Of a stretch of DNA of 64,000 bases, positions 1 through 13,106 are shown piece by piece. This DNA comes from the human T2T-CHM13v2.0 reference genome, Homo sapiens, in NCBI RefSeq assembly GCF_009914755.1, contig NC_060936.1; one strand, written 5' to 3'. The notes beneath the pieces were generated by a model. The model was given only the letters and a program-made list of their open reading frames with translations. It had not been told where the DNA came from and did not search any database. A program made the position numbers and the translations under genes. Position 1 is the stretch's first letter; each line of letters begins with the position of its first letter.

Positions 1-59
1 ATAGCTGCTACCTAGTAATAGTCACTATAGTACCTCGTAATTCTTCAGTATGTACTAAA

Positions 60-830
60 TATGAGAAATTGTTCTGTGCTCTCACTTATGTCCTTTTATT
101 CTCATAACATCCTTATTAAATAAATATTATTGTCCTTATTTTTGGTATTGAAACCATCTCTATAAAATGAGTCAGGAAAGAAGGGAGGGGGAGAAATGAA
201 AATAAACCAAGCTTACAGCACACTTGGCATTAATCATTAGGTCAGCTTGCTCTCTGACCCGCTTCCTCATATTTTTTTGCTTATTGCCCCAGAAACATGT
301 AAACCCTGTCACAAGATTATAGCTCTGCTCAACTGCTCTATAGATAACAACTTAAGCATTGTGAAACATTAAGTTTTCCCTTTGTGATATTCTTTCAGTT
401 GCTGCAAAGTAGTGAAACTACCAACACCAGCTAGTCTAATGGACCCCATGAGGAGCTGACCCTCCAAAGAATGCAGTTTTCACAGCCTGATGACTTCATC
501 TCCCTTATCTTGACCAATCTATGGCCCCACTTTTGCAATCCTTTACCCACCATAATACACTTATGAACTCCAGCCCTGAACTCCTGGAGGAGATGGATTT
601 GAGGGCCTCTTCCTGTCTCCTCACTTGGCTGCCCTGCAGTTATTAAACATTTTCTCTGCTGCAAACCCTGCTGTTTCAGTGTACTGATCTTTTACTGTGT
701 AGTGGGCTTACGAACCTGTTGGTCCTGTAACAGTATGAAGAAAAGAAGGCATAAGAAGGTAAAGTAACTTCCTAGTGTAGTGTTCATATATTTAGTAAGT
801 ACCTGAGTTGTAAACTGCCACCTTCAAATG
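60..830 (-). mobile_element. MIR fragment interrupted by the LTR at 149-732
   Basis: ctcataacatcc...tattattgtccttatttt and gaagaaaagaaggcataagaaggtaaagtaacttcc join into the MIR core. Confidence 0.6.
149..732 (+). mobile_element. ERV1 solo LTR (LTR26-like), complete
   Basis: TG...CA termini (TGAAACC...GTAACA), perfect 4-bp TSD GTAT at 145-148 and 733-736, ATTAAA poly(A)-type signal near 642; splits a MIR. Confidence 0.85.
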
Positions 831-3006
831 CACCAAGGAATTACACCATTAATCACAAAGACACAGAAAGAACACATGGTATGGGGGATAAATTTTTAAA
901 AATTCTAAAGGACTTTTAGGTTTTTCTCAACTTCTTAACTTACTTGAGAACTGGGCTAATTTGTATATTCAGAACGTTTATAACCAAAACTTTTTAGAAA
1001 TTTTCAGTTTAATCATACTCTATTACAGACCGAATACTTGTATATACTCAAAAATTCATGTCATAAATTTTGTGTTTTCTAACTGTACCAAATATATTAA
1101 AAGCCTATATTTATCATGTCACCATTTATTTTAAATAAAATGACAGAATGTACTAGTTATAATCAAAAAGTTGTATATGCTTCTATAATCACCTGCTTTT
1201 TAAATCTGCATCCTTTCTGGAAACATACCAGATTTGAAAGTGTGGGTTTATTTTCATAGCTTTGAGAGCATGAATCTTAATTGGCTTTTTTTTCATTTAT
1301 GACTTGTGTGTCTTTCCATACTGATAGTAAAGTTTCCTAAATTGTAGAAAATAAGAAAAAGAGAAATCAGTGAAGTATAAGTATATTGATCTTACACTCA
1401 ATGTCATAGTAACAAAGAGAATCAACTCAGAATCTGTTTTCTGCAATCAGATACATGCTTAAATATCAAGTAAATCTTTTCAGCTTTTTCAACTAAAAAG
1501 CTCTGATAATTAATGGAGAATGATTTATAGTGTATACTGTCATTTTCTTCTGGGATAAAATTGGCTATGTAACCCATGGGAATATTTCTATGTTCTTCTG
1601 ATCTGAACCCCTCTATCACTCACTCACTGTTCCACTATTTCATGAAAGAATAAAGCAGGCTACAATATCTTTTAACAAAGCATTTTCAAATTAAAAAGAA
1701 AGCATGACAATCATCTTTTTATAAAATGTTTTAATGAAGTTTTTTTTCACTATAACTATTAAACTGGCCACCAAAATAGTATTTAAAAAAATCATTGATT
1801 ATTTCAAATAAGTGCATTCCAGATGTGTTCCATGCTATAAAGAAAAGGATTTGTGAAACTGGCATTATGCATATTTGCATACCTTATTTGTAAAGAATTA
1901 AGATCTTAGGGGAGTTCAAATGGGAAATGATAATTCTAAAAATGAAAATTTTTGTATGCATTCTATAGTACATTTGCATGAATTTTACCACTATAACCCT
2001 AGAGAACTCTTACAGATTTTTTTATGCTAGATCTTCAGTTGAACTTATTAAGAAAATTATCAGATTTAAAGGTAAAAATTAGGTCATGATAAATGGTTTT
2101 TGCCTATTTATCAAATGTTATTACAGAATTTTATCTCTATTATATTCTGTTTAACTAATTTACTAAAATTAAATATTGTCTTGAATTCATATAAATTAAT
2201 TCCACTAAAATCAACTTAGATTTTTATTCTATACTATGTGTATGAGAGCTTAGTTTTTCACTGGCCTACATTTGTGCCTGATATTTAATGAATCCACATA
2301 ACAATACAGTGAAAGATTATTAACTATATGTTCTCTACTTAAAATCTACCTCTGCTTTTAGAAACTAATTCATGAATTTATATTACAAGTTGTGCATAGG
2401 AACAATAAACACCTCATTTTTTTCAAGTTTATAGTCGATTATAAATAAACTAGTGAAGATTAGAGATAGCACTAAAAACTGAAATCCAATATTACTAAAT
2501 AATCTTCCTTTGATGTTTCCTAATAAATCCTTTGATCTAATCTTCAAAGGAAAGATCATGTTGCCCATTTTTAATTTAATGTACTTTTCAATGGTATATT
2601 GAGTAAACAAGTTTCATTTGAAAAAAATAGTAATTTTTTTCAGCACTTAAGTTTGTATTACTTTTAAAATAATGTTTTAAAATTAAAATTTAAAGTTTTA
2701 AAAGACAAGCATCCATACCAGTATGGGAAGGTGAAGAGAGGATGGGAGGACAAGACATGAGGAAGGAATTCTGTTCAATTAATAATAAAGCTCCAGGTTC
2801 ATCCCATCATGGATTTAGTAGTCATCCAGAGAGACACATCATCCATAAAAATCATGTACCATTACTTCAGAACAATCTGTTAATGTGTCCCAGTTTGGGC
2901 CACTGACAGCTGCTTAAGGTTGCTGATAGTGTCATGAGTGATTTTCTACGGACCTTCTTTGAAAGCTGTCACTGCAGACAACCTCAGTCATCCTGGAGAG
3001 AGCTCA

Positions 3007-3356
<350 letters not shown>

Positions 3357-3649
3357 TTAAATAATCTTTTTTAACTATCGGATTGGATTTTTTGAGATGC
3401 TATTTACATGGATCTAAAAACAGTGGATTGAAGCCGGCAGGTCAGTAAAGAAGCTGTGCAATGCAGAAAGGAATCAACATCACTAGCACTGATCTTTGTG
3501 AGATAAATTTTGAAAGGGAAGTAAAAGTTATTGACATTTCAATAATCAATACTTTTACAAGAGTAGCTAACGATTTCCATTTCTGGTCAAAAATTGGTAT
3601 CACAGAAGCCCTCCCAAGAAAAGTAAAAGTCATAAAAAATATAAAGCAA

Positions 3650-4134
3650 GTGCTACAGGCTCTTGTGTCCCTTCCATCTTCATTCTTTCTCGCTGAAACA
3701 GCTGTGTGAAATATGAGTGGGGGAAGAAGATTAACATTTAGGCTAGAGGAAGACAAAATGTACAAGAAACTTCTAAGCCAGTTGGGCCTGTGGTTGTCCA
3801 GCAGCCCAGTGATGAACAGCCTCAAAAAGAGGAGCCACTGACTGAAAGTAAGGATGTTATGCCTGGTCAGGAGAGAGATGAGGCGGCACCCAAGAGTCAA
3901 GGTCCTGGCTTGGAAGCTGATATTCAGGAAGTGTCTCAGGCAAAAACTGGAGGTAAATGGGGAGATGATCCTTATGTCAAGGGTGAGATCTATCAAATTT
4001 AGAGCCTTGCTTAAGTGCTGAAAGCAGGCGAAGGGCAATCATAGGTTTAAGTGAAGACAGTGGAAAAAAATGCAAGCTGTTCTTATATTTGTATATTTGA
4101 CTTAAAATTATCTCCATAAAGTTTTACGGTTTTC
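3650..4134 (+). pseudogene. Processed pseudogene of the GAGE/PAGE/XAGE cancer-testis family (PAGE3/PAGE5-like)
   Basis: GAGE-type start context gtgtgaaatATGagt (ATG 3713). Reconstructed peptide MSGGRRLTFR/RGRQNVQETSKPVGPVVVQQPSDEQPQKEEPLTESKDVMPGQERDEAAPKSQGPGLEADIQEVSQAKTGGKWGDDPYVKGEI/SNLEP/VLKAGEGQS*V* ends at 4050. No introns, frameshifts, GAGE-like 3' UTR with degenerate poly(A) signal (cataaa 4115-4120). Confidence 0.9.
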
Positions 4135-4456
4135 ATATATACATACAAGACAACTGTTTGCAGACATAGCAGAGCTACAAACTCACAATATAATTTGAGG
4201 AGAAAAATCTCTAAAGATAAAAAAGATGACGGTTGGGTGAGCACTACATTCACATACATCTTTTTTTTTCTCAGATTATTTGCCAATATCTGACCAATAA
4301 TTCGCCAAATATTGGACCAAGATACCAAGCCAATTACATCAAAATTTTGCATATAATTTCCCCCCTACCCCCACCATCAGCAATTTACTATTTGAAAGCG
4401 GAGCATAAGAAAGGTGAAACTTCTAAAAATTAATGAAATACAAGAAAATTAGAGGC

Positions 4457-4832
4457 TATATTTGTTTTCTAAAGCTGCCATAAGAAAATACCACAGATTA
4501 GATGGCTTAAACAACAGAAATTTATTTACTCACCATTTTGGAGGTTCGAAGTCCAAGATTAAGGTGTCCTCAGGCTTGGTTTCTACTGACGCCTCTCTCC
4601 TTGGGTTGCAGAGGGCTGCTTTCTCACTGCTTCCTTACAGGACCTTTCCTCTTGGTGCCTCTTCTTCTACTTGTAAGGAAACCAGTCATAGTAAATTGTG
4701 GCCCCAGACTTATGCGCTCATCTAACCTTAATTACTTCTTAAAAAACCCCCATCTCCTTATTCACATTCTAAAGTATTAAGGGCTAGGGATTCAACATAT
4801 GATTTTGGGGGAACCAAATTCAGTCGATAACA
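4457..4832 (-). mobile_element. MaLR LTR (MLT1B-like)
   Basis: gctgccataagaaaataccacagattagatggcttaaacaacagaaattt...ggattcaacatatgattttggggg...ataaca. Confidence 0.85.
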
Positions 4833-5199
4833 GAGAATAAAAAGTTAAGATTTCAGCAGTTTTTCAGTGCAAAGAAGGAAAGACTTCATTTCAGGGACTA
4901 GCAAGTTAAGAGGGTTAAGAGGGTGATGACAAATACCCACAATGTTCAGATAAGACCCGAAAATATGTGTACACTAGGAGGAAAACTATACACTGGGAAT
5001 ATGGATCATCAGATAGGGAAAAGGACTCCCAAACCTAAAAGCCATCTTCCACTATTAATTGGCCTTATTTGCCAGTACTTGTATCAGCTGGCCAGAGAAA
5101 CAAAATACACAAACACCAACAATACCAAAACTTAAATGTCTTCAGAGGAAGATAACATCACTCAGTCTTCCCAAATTGACATATACAATATCTTACATT

Positions 5200-6510
5200 C
5201 AGTTAAAAATAATGTCATTTGAAGAAAAAATAGCAAATGACTGAAAAAGAATAGGAAAAACAGAGAACAGAATAATAATCCAGATATTAAAATTGTAAGA
5301 AAGATATTAACCATACTGTGATTTATATATTCCAGAAAACAGAGAAAAGATCACTATAGAACTGGAATCTATTTTTAAAAGAGTCAATGAGAACAGCTAT
5401 AAATAGATAATACAATAACCCAAATTAAGATTTCACATGATACCTTAAAGATAAGACAAAGATCTAACTAATGTATTTGAAGACAATATAAAAAACTCAA
5501 ATGACTGATAAAATGAAGCAAGAATAGAACATAAACAGACGTGCAATATACTCAAGTCTTCAAACATACATAGAATTGGAGTCTCAAAATAAAGAAGACA
5601 AAAAATGGCAGGAAAGCAAATTCTGAAAAAGTACTGCTGGAAAATTTTTTAAAACAATGACATCAAGTCACAGATCAAGAAACTCTACACTTCCAAAGTA
5701 GAGACTGTACAAAGAATAATTTACATAGGCACATTTTCAACAGATATGTAAAGATAGACTAAAACTATAGAAATATGTTCTTTAAAGATAGAATTAAGCT
5801 AGAATTTAATAATTGACAGTTAAATAAAAAATCCATTAAAAAGCAAGCAAGCAACTTTTGAATAACCCATGGGTTAAAGAAGAAATAACACTGGATATTT
5901 GAAATTGTTTCTAATTGAAAAATAAAAATATGACAAATAAGACTTGTGAAGGAGCTAGAACCATGCATAGAGGACAATTTACAGAAAACTATAGAAAAGA
6001 AGAAAGGCAAAATCAAAAATTAATTAAAGTGTTCTTTTTAATATTCTAGAAAAAGTCATAAATTAAGCACAAATGCAAGAAAAGAACTAATTAAGAGAAA
6101 ACAAGTAATCAATAAGAAGAAAAGTGTCTGAAGATTAACAAATGAAAATTTAAGTTCTTTCAAAATTTGAGTAAAATTATTAGAACTCTAGGAAGTCTTA
6201 TCAAGAATAAAAGGGAAAATACATACTGCCAATACTGGAATGGAAAAGGAGATTATCCCTACAGAGCCTAGGAATATTTAAAGTAACAAAAATATTATGT
6301 TCAAGTCTAAAAAATAAATTCAAAAATTTGTATGAATGGATATACTTCTTGAAAAAATATAACTGAAAAATACAATAAAGGAATAAAAACTGTGAGTCAT
6401 CTTATATTTATTTAAAAAATTAAAATGTAAATAAAAACTTTATCATAAAAATATATTACATCATAAATTATTTAAAATATTTAAGTAGTAAATATCATCA
6501 AACTTTTTAC
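5200..6510 (+). mobile_element. Old L1M fragments (ORF1 and ORF2 N-terminal remnants)
   Basis: A-rich decayed L1 motifs such as cacagatcaagaaactc, aataacccatgggttaaagaagaaat and aaaggagattatccctacagag. Confidence 0.7.
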
Positions 6511-6811
6511 ATTTTAATTTTACTTTTTTGTATTTTGGTATGAACTCAACATGAGATCCACCATTTTTAAAAATGTTCAAGTGCCTAATACAATACTGCT
6601 AACTATAGGCGCAATGTTGTACAGCAGATTTCTAGAATTTACTCATGTTGCATTACTGAAACTTCATACTTGTTCATTAGTAACTTATTTTTCCATCCCC
6701 CTGCCTCCTCCCATGGCAGCTTTGCATTCCACTTCTATGAGTTTGAGACTGGCTTATTTTACTTAGCATAATGTCATCAAGATTCATCCATGTTGTCACA
6801 TATTACAAGAT

Positions 6812-7020
6812 TTTCTTCCTTTCCCTTCCCTTTCCCTTTCCTTTTTCCTTTCCTTTCCTTTTTTCCTTCCTTCCTTCCTTCCTTCCTTCCTTCCTTCCGT
6901 CCTTCCTTCCTTCCTTCCTTCCTTCCTTCCTTCCTTCCTTCCTTCCTTCCTCCCCTTCCTTCCTCACCTTCCTTCCTCCCCTTCCCTCCTTCCATCTCAT
7001 CCTTTCCCTTCTTTCTTCCT
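6812..7020. repeat. Polypyrimidine tract with (TTCC)n / (GGAA)n microsatellite
   Basis: 9 TTCC units (6863-6898), one GTCC, then 12 units (6903-6950), within a C/T-rich tract. Confidence 0.97.
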
Positions 7021-7151
7021 TTTTTTTTTGTGGGTTTTTTTTTGAGACTGCAGCATCTTCCTATGTTGCCCAGGCTGGTCATGAACTGACAGCTCCAAGA
7101 AATCCTCCTACCTCAGCCTCCCAAAGTGCTGGGATTATAGGTACCATGTCC
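7021..7151 (-). mobile_element. FLAM / Alu left monomer
   Basis: tatgttgcccaggctggtc...cctcagcctcccaaagtgctgggattatagg. Confidence 0.85.
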
Positions 7152-7178
7152 ATTTTTCCTTCTTTGTAAAATTAAAAC

Positions 7179-7448
7179 AATATTTCATTATATATATAGT
7201 AAAATATATAATAAAATATTATATATATAATGAGTACAACAGGTCTGCCATAAGGTCTCAGGGACCTTATATATTCATATATAATGAAATATTATATATT
7301 ATTAAATATACATAATAAAATATATATAATATATAAATGTGTTTGAATATACATGTGCTGTGTGCATATATATATATATATACATGGTTGCAGTATACAT
7401 ATGATTGAATTATAAATATATATGGTTGAAATATATATATATATATAA
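7179..7448. repeat. AT-rich / (TA)n low-complexity tract
   Basis: Degenerate TA runs. Confidence 0.85.
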
Positions 7449-7999
7449 CTTTTAAGTTTTTCCATGAATTTAAAGCTTTAATGGTAAGGGTAAATCAATA
7501 TTTTTTTTCAAGCTTCTTAGTCTAAAGGTACTTTTTTCTAGTATCCTGGCAAAGTGGCAAAAATAATACAGAATTATACTTTCTGAGGTAACATTTACTC
7601 CTGCCCTTCCTCTACTTCTATCTAGATCTTTCTTTTCCTTTGCTCCTATTGCCCTTGTCCCACTCAGTGTGGGCTTCTAGATATTTAGAATGTCTTTGTA
7701 TCAGAGAGATAGTTTGATTTGTTAGCTTTGACAGTTCACAGGGCATGATCAGATTCAGCTTCCTGAGACATTATGGCAAATCTGTTGCACTCATGAGTGC
7801 ATTATGGTCTGCAAATACATATCCTAGTTTCCACTGCAGTTTTCAAATTGGCCCTTTGTATTTCCTGATGAAGTACTATTGGATATTTAGGAATCTCCTA
7901 TTCTCGGATCTACCAGATGCCCTGTTTCTCAGTTCCATGTTCTACTTTTATCACTTAGTTTTTTGCAGACATCTGTGCATTTAGTTTTGCTATTGAAAA

Positions 8000-9650
8000 A
8001 CAAATTAATGATTTACAATAAAAAAGAAGAAAAAGGTATAGTTGCATAATAGAGTGGATCAATTCAGAAGGTCCAACATCCAACAAATAACTTCTAAAAA
8101 CAGAAAACTTAAATGACTAAAAAATTCTAAAAATATTTCTGCACACTAAAATAAAAACATACTGGAGCACATCATCATGAAATTCCAAATTACAAAACAG
8201 AATTTTAAAGAAGTCTAAAATTTTGAAGAAGAAATCTTCCAAAAGTTCAGATTTCTTTTTGGTGTCAGATTTCTCTCCATTAATGTTGTATGCTAAGAAC
8301 AAGTATACAATACTCAGACAAATTGTCAATTGAGGATGACAGTAAAATAAATTTATCTTAAGACATGCAAAGTCTCAAAATATATCTACTTCAAAAATCC
8401 TTTTAAGAAAACAATTGAGAAATAAGCTTCAGCAAAATGAGGGCCAAAGCTCATGATTTTACAAAGTTGATCTGTCAACTCAAATGAAATACTGAGACAG
8501 GAATCTTAATCCATTCAGGCTTATTAAATTGGAGTTTGAGGGTGTGTACCTAAGAAGCAAGGATTACATTAGCCTGTAACCTGATGTCCAAAGTCAAGTA
8601 CATGAAGCACAGTTTTTATGCATTTTCTTTCCAAACAGAGAGTTACGTGCAGCACAGAAGAGAGGCAGTGAAGTCACAGCCACATTCTTGTGATTTTGGT
8701 TGGTGTTTAGTAATGTTATATAAGAAGGTAAAACAAATATGTGGTTGAGTGGGTAGGAGAAAAAAGTTAATAATTCTGTAAGGCATCTTAGGATCTGATG
8801 GAAGAATTATTGATTTTATCCTGTCTTGTTCTATATCTGATAAACAAGTTACAACCTGTACCTGTCAGACTCGTTACATAGGCAAGAGTCAGTTTTAAAG
8901 ACCCTAAGATTACAGCTAAAATATGTCTATTTATGGGAGGTCACAACACTTATTCCTTGCTACCATAGCGGCCTTTGCACATACACACATTCCTGGACCA
9001 AAACAGAAAATTAGAATAGGCTTCAGTTTTTCTTTTTCATCTATTTTCACATATCTAACTCAGAAAGTTATTGGACAAAACCTATGCAACAAGCTTTATG
9101 ATAAATTATTTCAATTTGGAATATAAAATGGAAAAGAACAGAAGGCAATTATTCTCAGAGAAAATTGATTTGGAGTTTATGAAAATATATACTAATAATT
9201 TTAAGTACATAGAAAAGAGGGAACTGTTAACTCATAGTACAACAATTGGTTCAGCAATGAAAAACTATGTTTTAATTATAAAACATAGATGCCACTGACT
9301 TATCCAAATATTATGATATAAATCTACTAATGGATGAGGGAGGATAAGTGATACTGGTAATGTGGTTGAGATAACACATGATCCATCATAATATTAAAAG
9401 GATCCAGTAATGATCCCAAATTGTGACGATGGGTTAGATGTATAAGCAAATTGTTTAGAAATACATGCTGAATACTGGAAGAAAAATCTAGAGTAGTTGA
9501 CAGCTGTTGTTTCTGAGAAAAGAATTATTGGTTAGGCTGGGAGTTTCAAAGAATCCTTCCTTTATATTGTATGCCTTTTAGTACTATGTAACTTTTAAAT
9601 ATATATAATAATTACCTTGATTAAAATAATTAAAAAATAAAACAAAGTAA
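8000..9650 (+). mobile_element. HAL1 / very old L1-like fragments split by the LTR at 8473-8948
   Basis: ORF1-like remnants (gatcaattcagaaggtccaacatcc; gacatgcaaagtctcaaaa) and a 3' end with A-rich tail near 9620-9650. Confidence 0.55.
8473..8948 (-). mobile_element. ERV1-class solo LTR (MER4 group; subfamily uncertain)
   Basis: TG...CA bounded ~475-bp unit beginning tgtcaactcaaatg, resembling an antisense MER4-group LTR end. Confidence 0.5.
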
Positions 9651-11004
9651 TATAAAAAAAGAATTTAGAATTATAAAGTTGTAAATTGGTCTCAGTGAAA
9701 CATAATGATTATCATATGGGAGAAAGAGGAGGCTTGGTGATTATCTGATTACTTATTAATAATGGTGATAATGATATAAATAATATTATTATTATGAAAA
9801 TTACATTTATCCCTTCATTGAAGCCAACGCTGTGTTGAGTTAAACTTTGAATTTTATCTTCATAATAAAAATACTACCCAGGCAAGAAGATACATTTTAG
9901 TCTCCAAGGAATGAGAACAATAGTGTCACCTGATCTATTTGTTAATAGGAATGAAAAGTTTTCAAATTACCAATCCATATATTGAGGTATATATATTTAT
10001 ATATTAAAAACAACAACTACCTTGGATAATAAACGCAATATTTTTTCCTTTCCTTAGGTGTTTAAATAAATCCAATTTTGTGATATGTACCTTTGTTTAT
10101 AAACTTAAATATCTTAAATATCTTAGCTCAGGTTGTGTTTTTTCACTCAAAGGATTCTAGAACTTGATTTGTCTCTTTTATTCAATGATACCTGGAGACA
10201 CTGTCAAAAGTTATGTTAGTGCTCTTCATACTGTGTTGAATGATCTCCAGTTTCCTAGGTATTAGATTTAATATGATGATTCTAGTTTGATTAGAACACC
10301 ATTTGCCTTAGGAATCACCTGCATCATTTTTCTGCTCACATTAATTAAAATAAATCATATCCTCACTTTCCATGGTCTTGAGATTTCATATAAAATATGC
10401 TGGAGGCTTGGGATTCTCTACGAGGGAAACTCATTATTGCAATTCTTTCCCTTTGGGAACATAAAATATAGTTTTAGGGAACTCAACCTTTTCAATTAAC
10501 AGAAAGGGCAACAGTAAACTCTAGATTGTTTTGATGTCAATCACGGCCTTAAATTCTGGGACCCCCTAGGCAAATATCCTGGAAGAAAATTTCTTGCATG
10601 CTGAAAATTTATCTATCAAAGTAATATATATTTGAACTTACAAAAATGTAAATACTTGTTTACCCAAATTTGACTGCTCCAAGAGATTTTTGGAGCTAAA
10701 AGCCCTTGTTTAATAATATGAGATTTAGGATACTAAAACATCTTAAATCTAGTGCTAATCCTTTAGTGTAACTGAAGAAACTTTGATCTCTATGAAGACA
10801 ACAGAATATTTATTTTTGAAAAATTAAGTCTATGCTAGGGAATACATAATATATTTACTAACCATGGGATTCTTATATATGATTATAAAAGGTAATATAG
10901 AAAACCATGCAGAAATGCACTTTGTGTGACTCCAGTTAGTCATTCTTTATTGCCAAAATATCAGAGAAGCCCTTATAAGTTGGCTGCCTGAGTTTGTCTT
11001 ATAG

Positions 11005-11293
<289 letters not shown>

Positions 11294-11504
11294 ACAAATA
11301 TTTTTTACTCTTAAACCCAACTTTTCCCATTTTTGCTATTGAGTTTTCTCCAGAATTGCCTATGGAATATGCAAGAAAGTTATAAACCTAGAGTATTAAT
11401 TTGTTCAACGTTCGTGAGTGAAAAGGATATTGAAATGTTTCTGAAGTTAAGATATCTCTACTTGTTTAAACTGAAGTTGATTAGACTAATTTTGAATTTG
11501 CAAA

Positions 11505-11807
11505 CTTAAAAATCATCAATAGGCTTCATCTCATTGTGGAAAAATCTTTTCATTCAGAATGTCTCCTATGTGAACTGAACTCATTCAGAGAAATCATAAT
11601 GATATTAAAATAGTAACTATTGAGAGCTTCAAAATTGCTAAACAATATTACCTTTTTCACTTCTCAGCCTCACCATCTCAGTTAAGTATTATTTTAACAC
11701 AATTTTTTAAAATTTGTTTTTTTAGAGACAAGGTCTCAGTATGTTGCCCAGGCTGGTCTTAAACTCCTGAGCTCAAGGGATCCTCCCACTTAGGCCTCCC
11801 AAGTAGG
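11505..11807. repeat. Left arm (source) of inverted duplication; partner at 12811-13106
   Basis: Direct reverse-complement match; 7 substitutions and 2 small indels over the ~194-bp core by manual alignment. Confidence 0.95.
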
Positions 11808-11840
11808 TGGGACTACACATACATACCACCATGCCTGGCT
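11703..11840 (-). mobile_element. FLAM within a decayed MIR
   Basis: agagacaaggtctcagtatgttgcccaggctggtc...accaccatgcctggct. Confidence 0.85.
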
Positions 11841-12141
11841 TGTAATCCAACTTTAAAGATGGAAAAGTTAGTTAAAGAAAGATTAAGCAGATGTACAATG
11901 TCACTCAGGCCCATACGACAGACTTGGAGTCTGTCCAAATGGCCATAGTGCCATTATGATACCTTAAAAAAAAAAAAAAAAAACCTTACAATTAAAGACA
12001 GAAATTATATGTCAGGCTGTCCTCATTGTCTTGATTATCACATTTAGAAATGTCATCTCAGTACTCTTGACTTCCCTTCCTCCATGGCTCTCATCTCTGC
12101 TCTGCCTCAACCACATACTAGACACACTCAATGTGTTTTAA

Positions 12142-12434
<293 letters not shown>

Positions 12435-12810
12435 AACTCCACTATCTTCATTGCAAGTACTCCATTCTCCAACTGGCAATTTCTATCTCTACAGTTCACT
12501 CCTATTATTATCCTGTCTCCAAAAGTTATTTGACTTCCTGGTACTAAAAATACACATATTATACCAAATTTTCATCATTGCTTTTCAGTATGCAGTTTAT
12601 ATCACCATTTCCCTTCCAAGTTGAAATCCCACAATTTATTGTTAAATCACTTCCTCACTTCCTTCAATATAATCTTCAACTTTAATCTTCATAGCAAAAT
12701 GAGGGTGGGAATGAAGCAGGTTTGAGCTTCTGCAGGGAAGATGTGATGAAAGTTAACAGTGGCAAAAAAAGTTGAAGATTGTATCTTTAACTAATCTTTC
12801 TTAAGTGCTC

Positions 12811-13106
12811 CCTATTTGGGAGGCTTAGGTGGGAGGATCCCTCCCTCACATAGTGAGACCTTGTCTCTAAAAAACAAATTAAAAAAAAAAAACAAAAAAC
12901 ATTGGGTTAAAATAATACTTAACTAAGATGGTGAGGCTGAGAAGTGAAAAGGGTAATATCATTGTTTAGCAATTTTGAAGCTCTCAATAAATAGTTATTA
13001 TTTTAATATCATTATGATTTCTCTGAATGAGTTCAGTTCATATACGAGACATTCTGAAAGAAAAGATTTTTCCACAATGAGATGAAGCCTATTGATAATT
13101 TTTAAG
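12811..13106. repeat. Right arm (copy) of inverted duplication of 11505-11807
   Basis: Contains an inverted partial FLAM with an internal deletion plus the inverted unique/MIR flank. Confidence 0.95.

Larger units (their letters stand above)
6520..7200 (-). mobile_element. L1MB-type 3' end, interrupted by a FLAM and its TTCC tail
   Basis: aatgttgtacagcagatttctagaa, ttagcataatgtcatcaagattcatccatgttgtc; resumes at about 7152. Confidence 0.8.

Noticed and set aside
3442-4038. 198-aa minus-strand ORF
   Set aside because: Antisense to the PAGE-like pseudogene and its flank; no recognisable domain
6771-7169. ORFs with LPSF / EGRK repeats
   Set aside because: Translations of the TTCC microsatellite and Alu sequence
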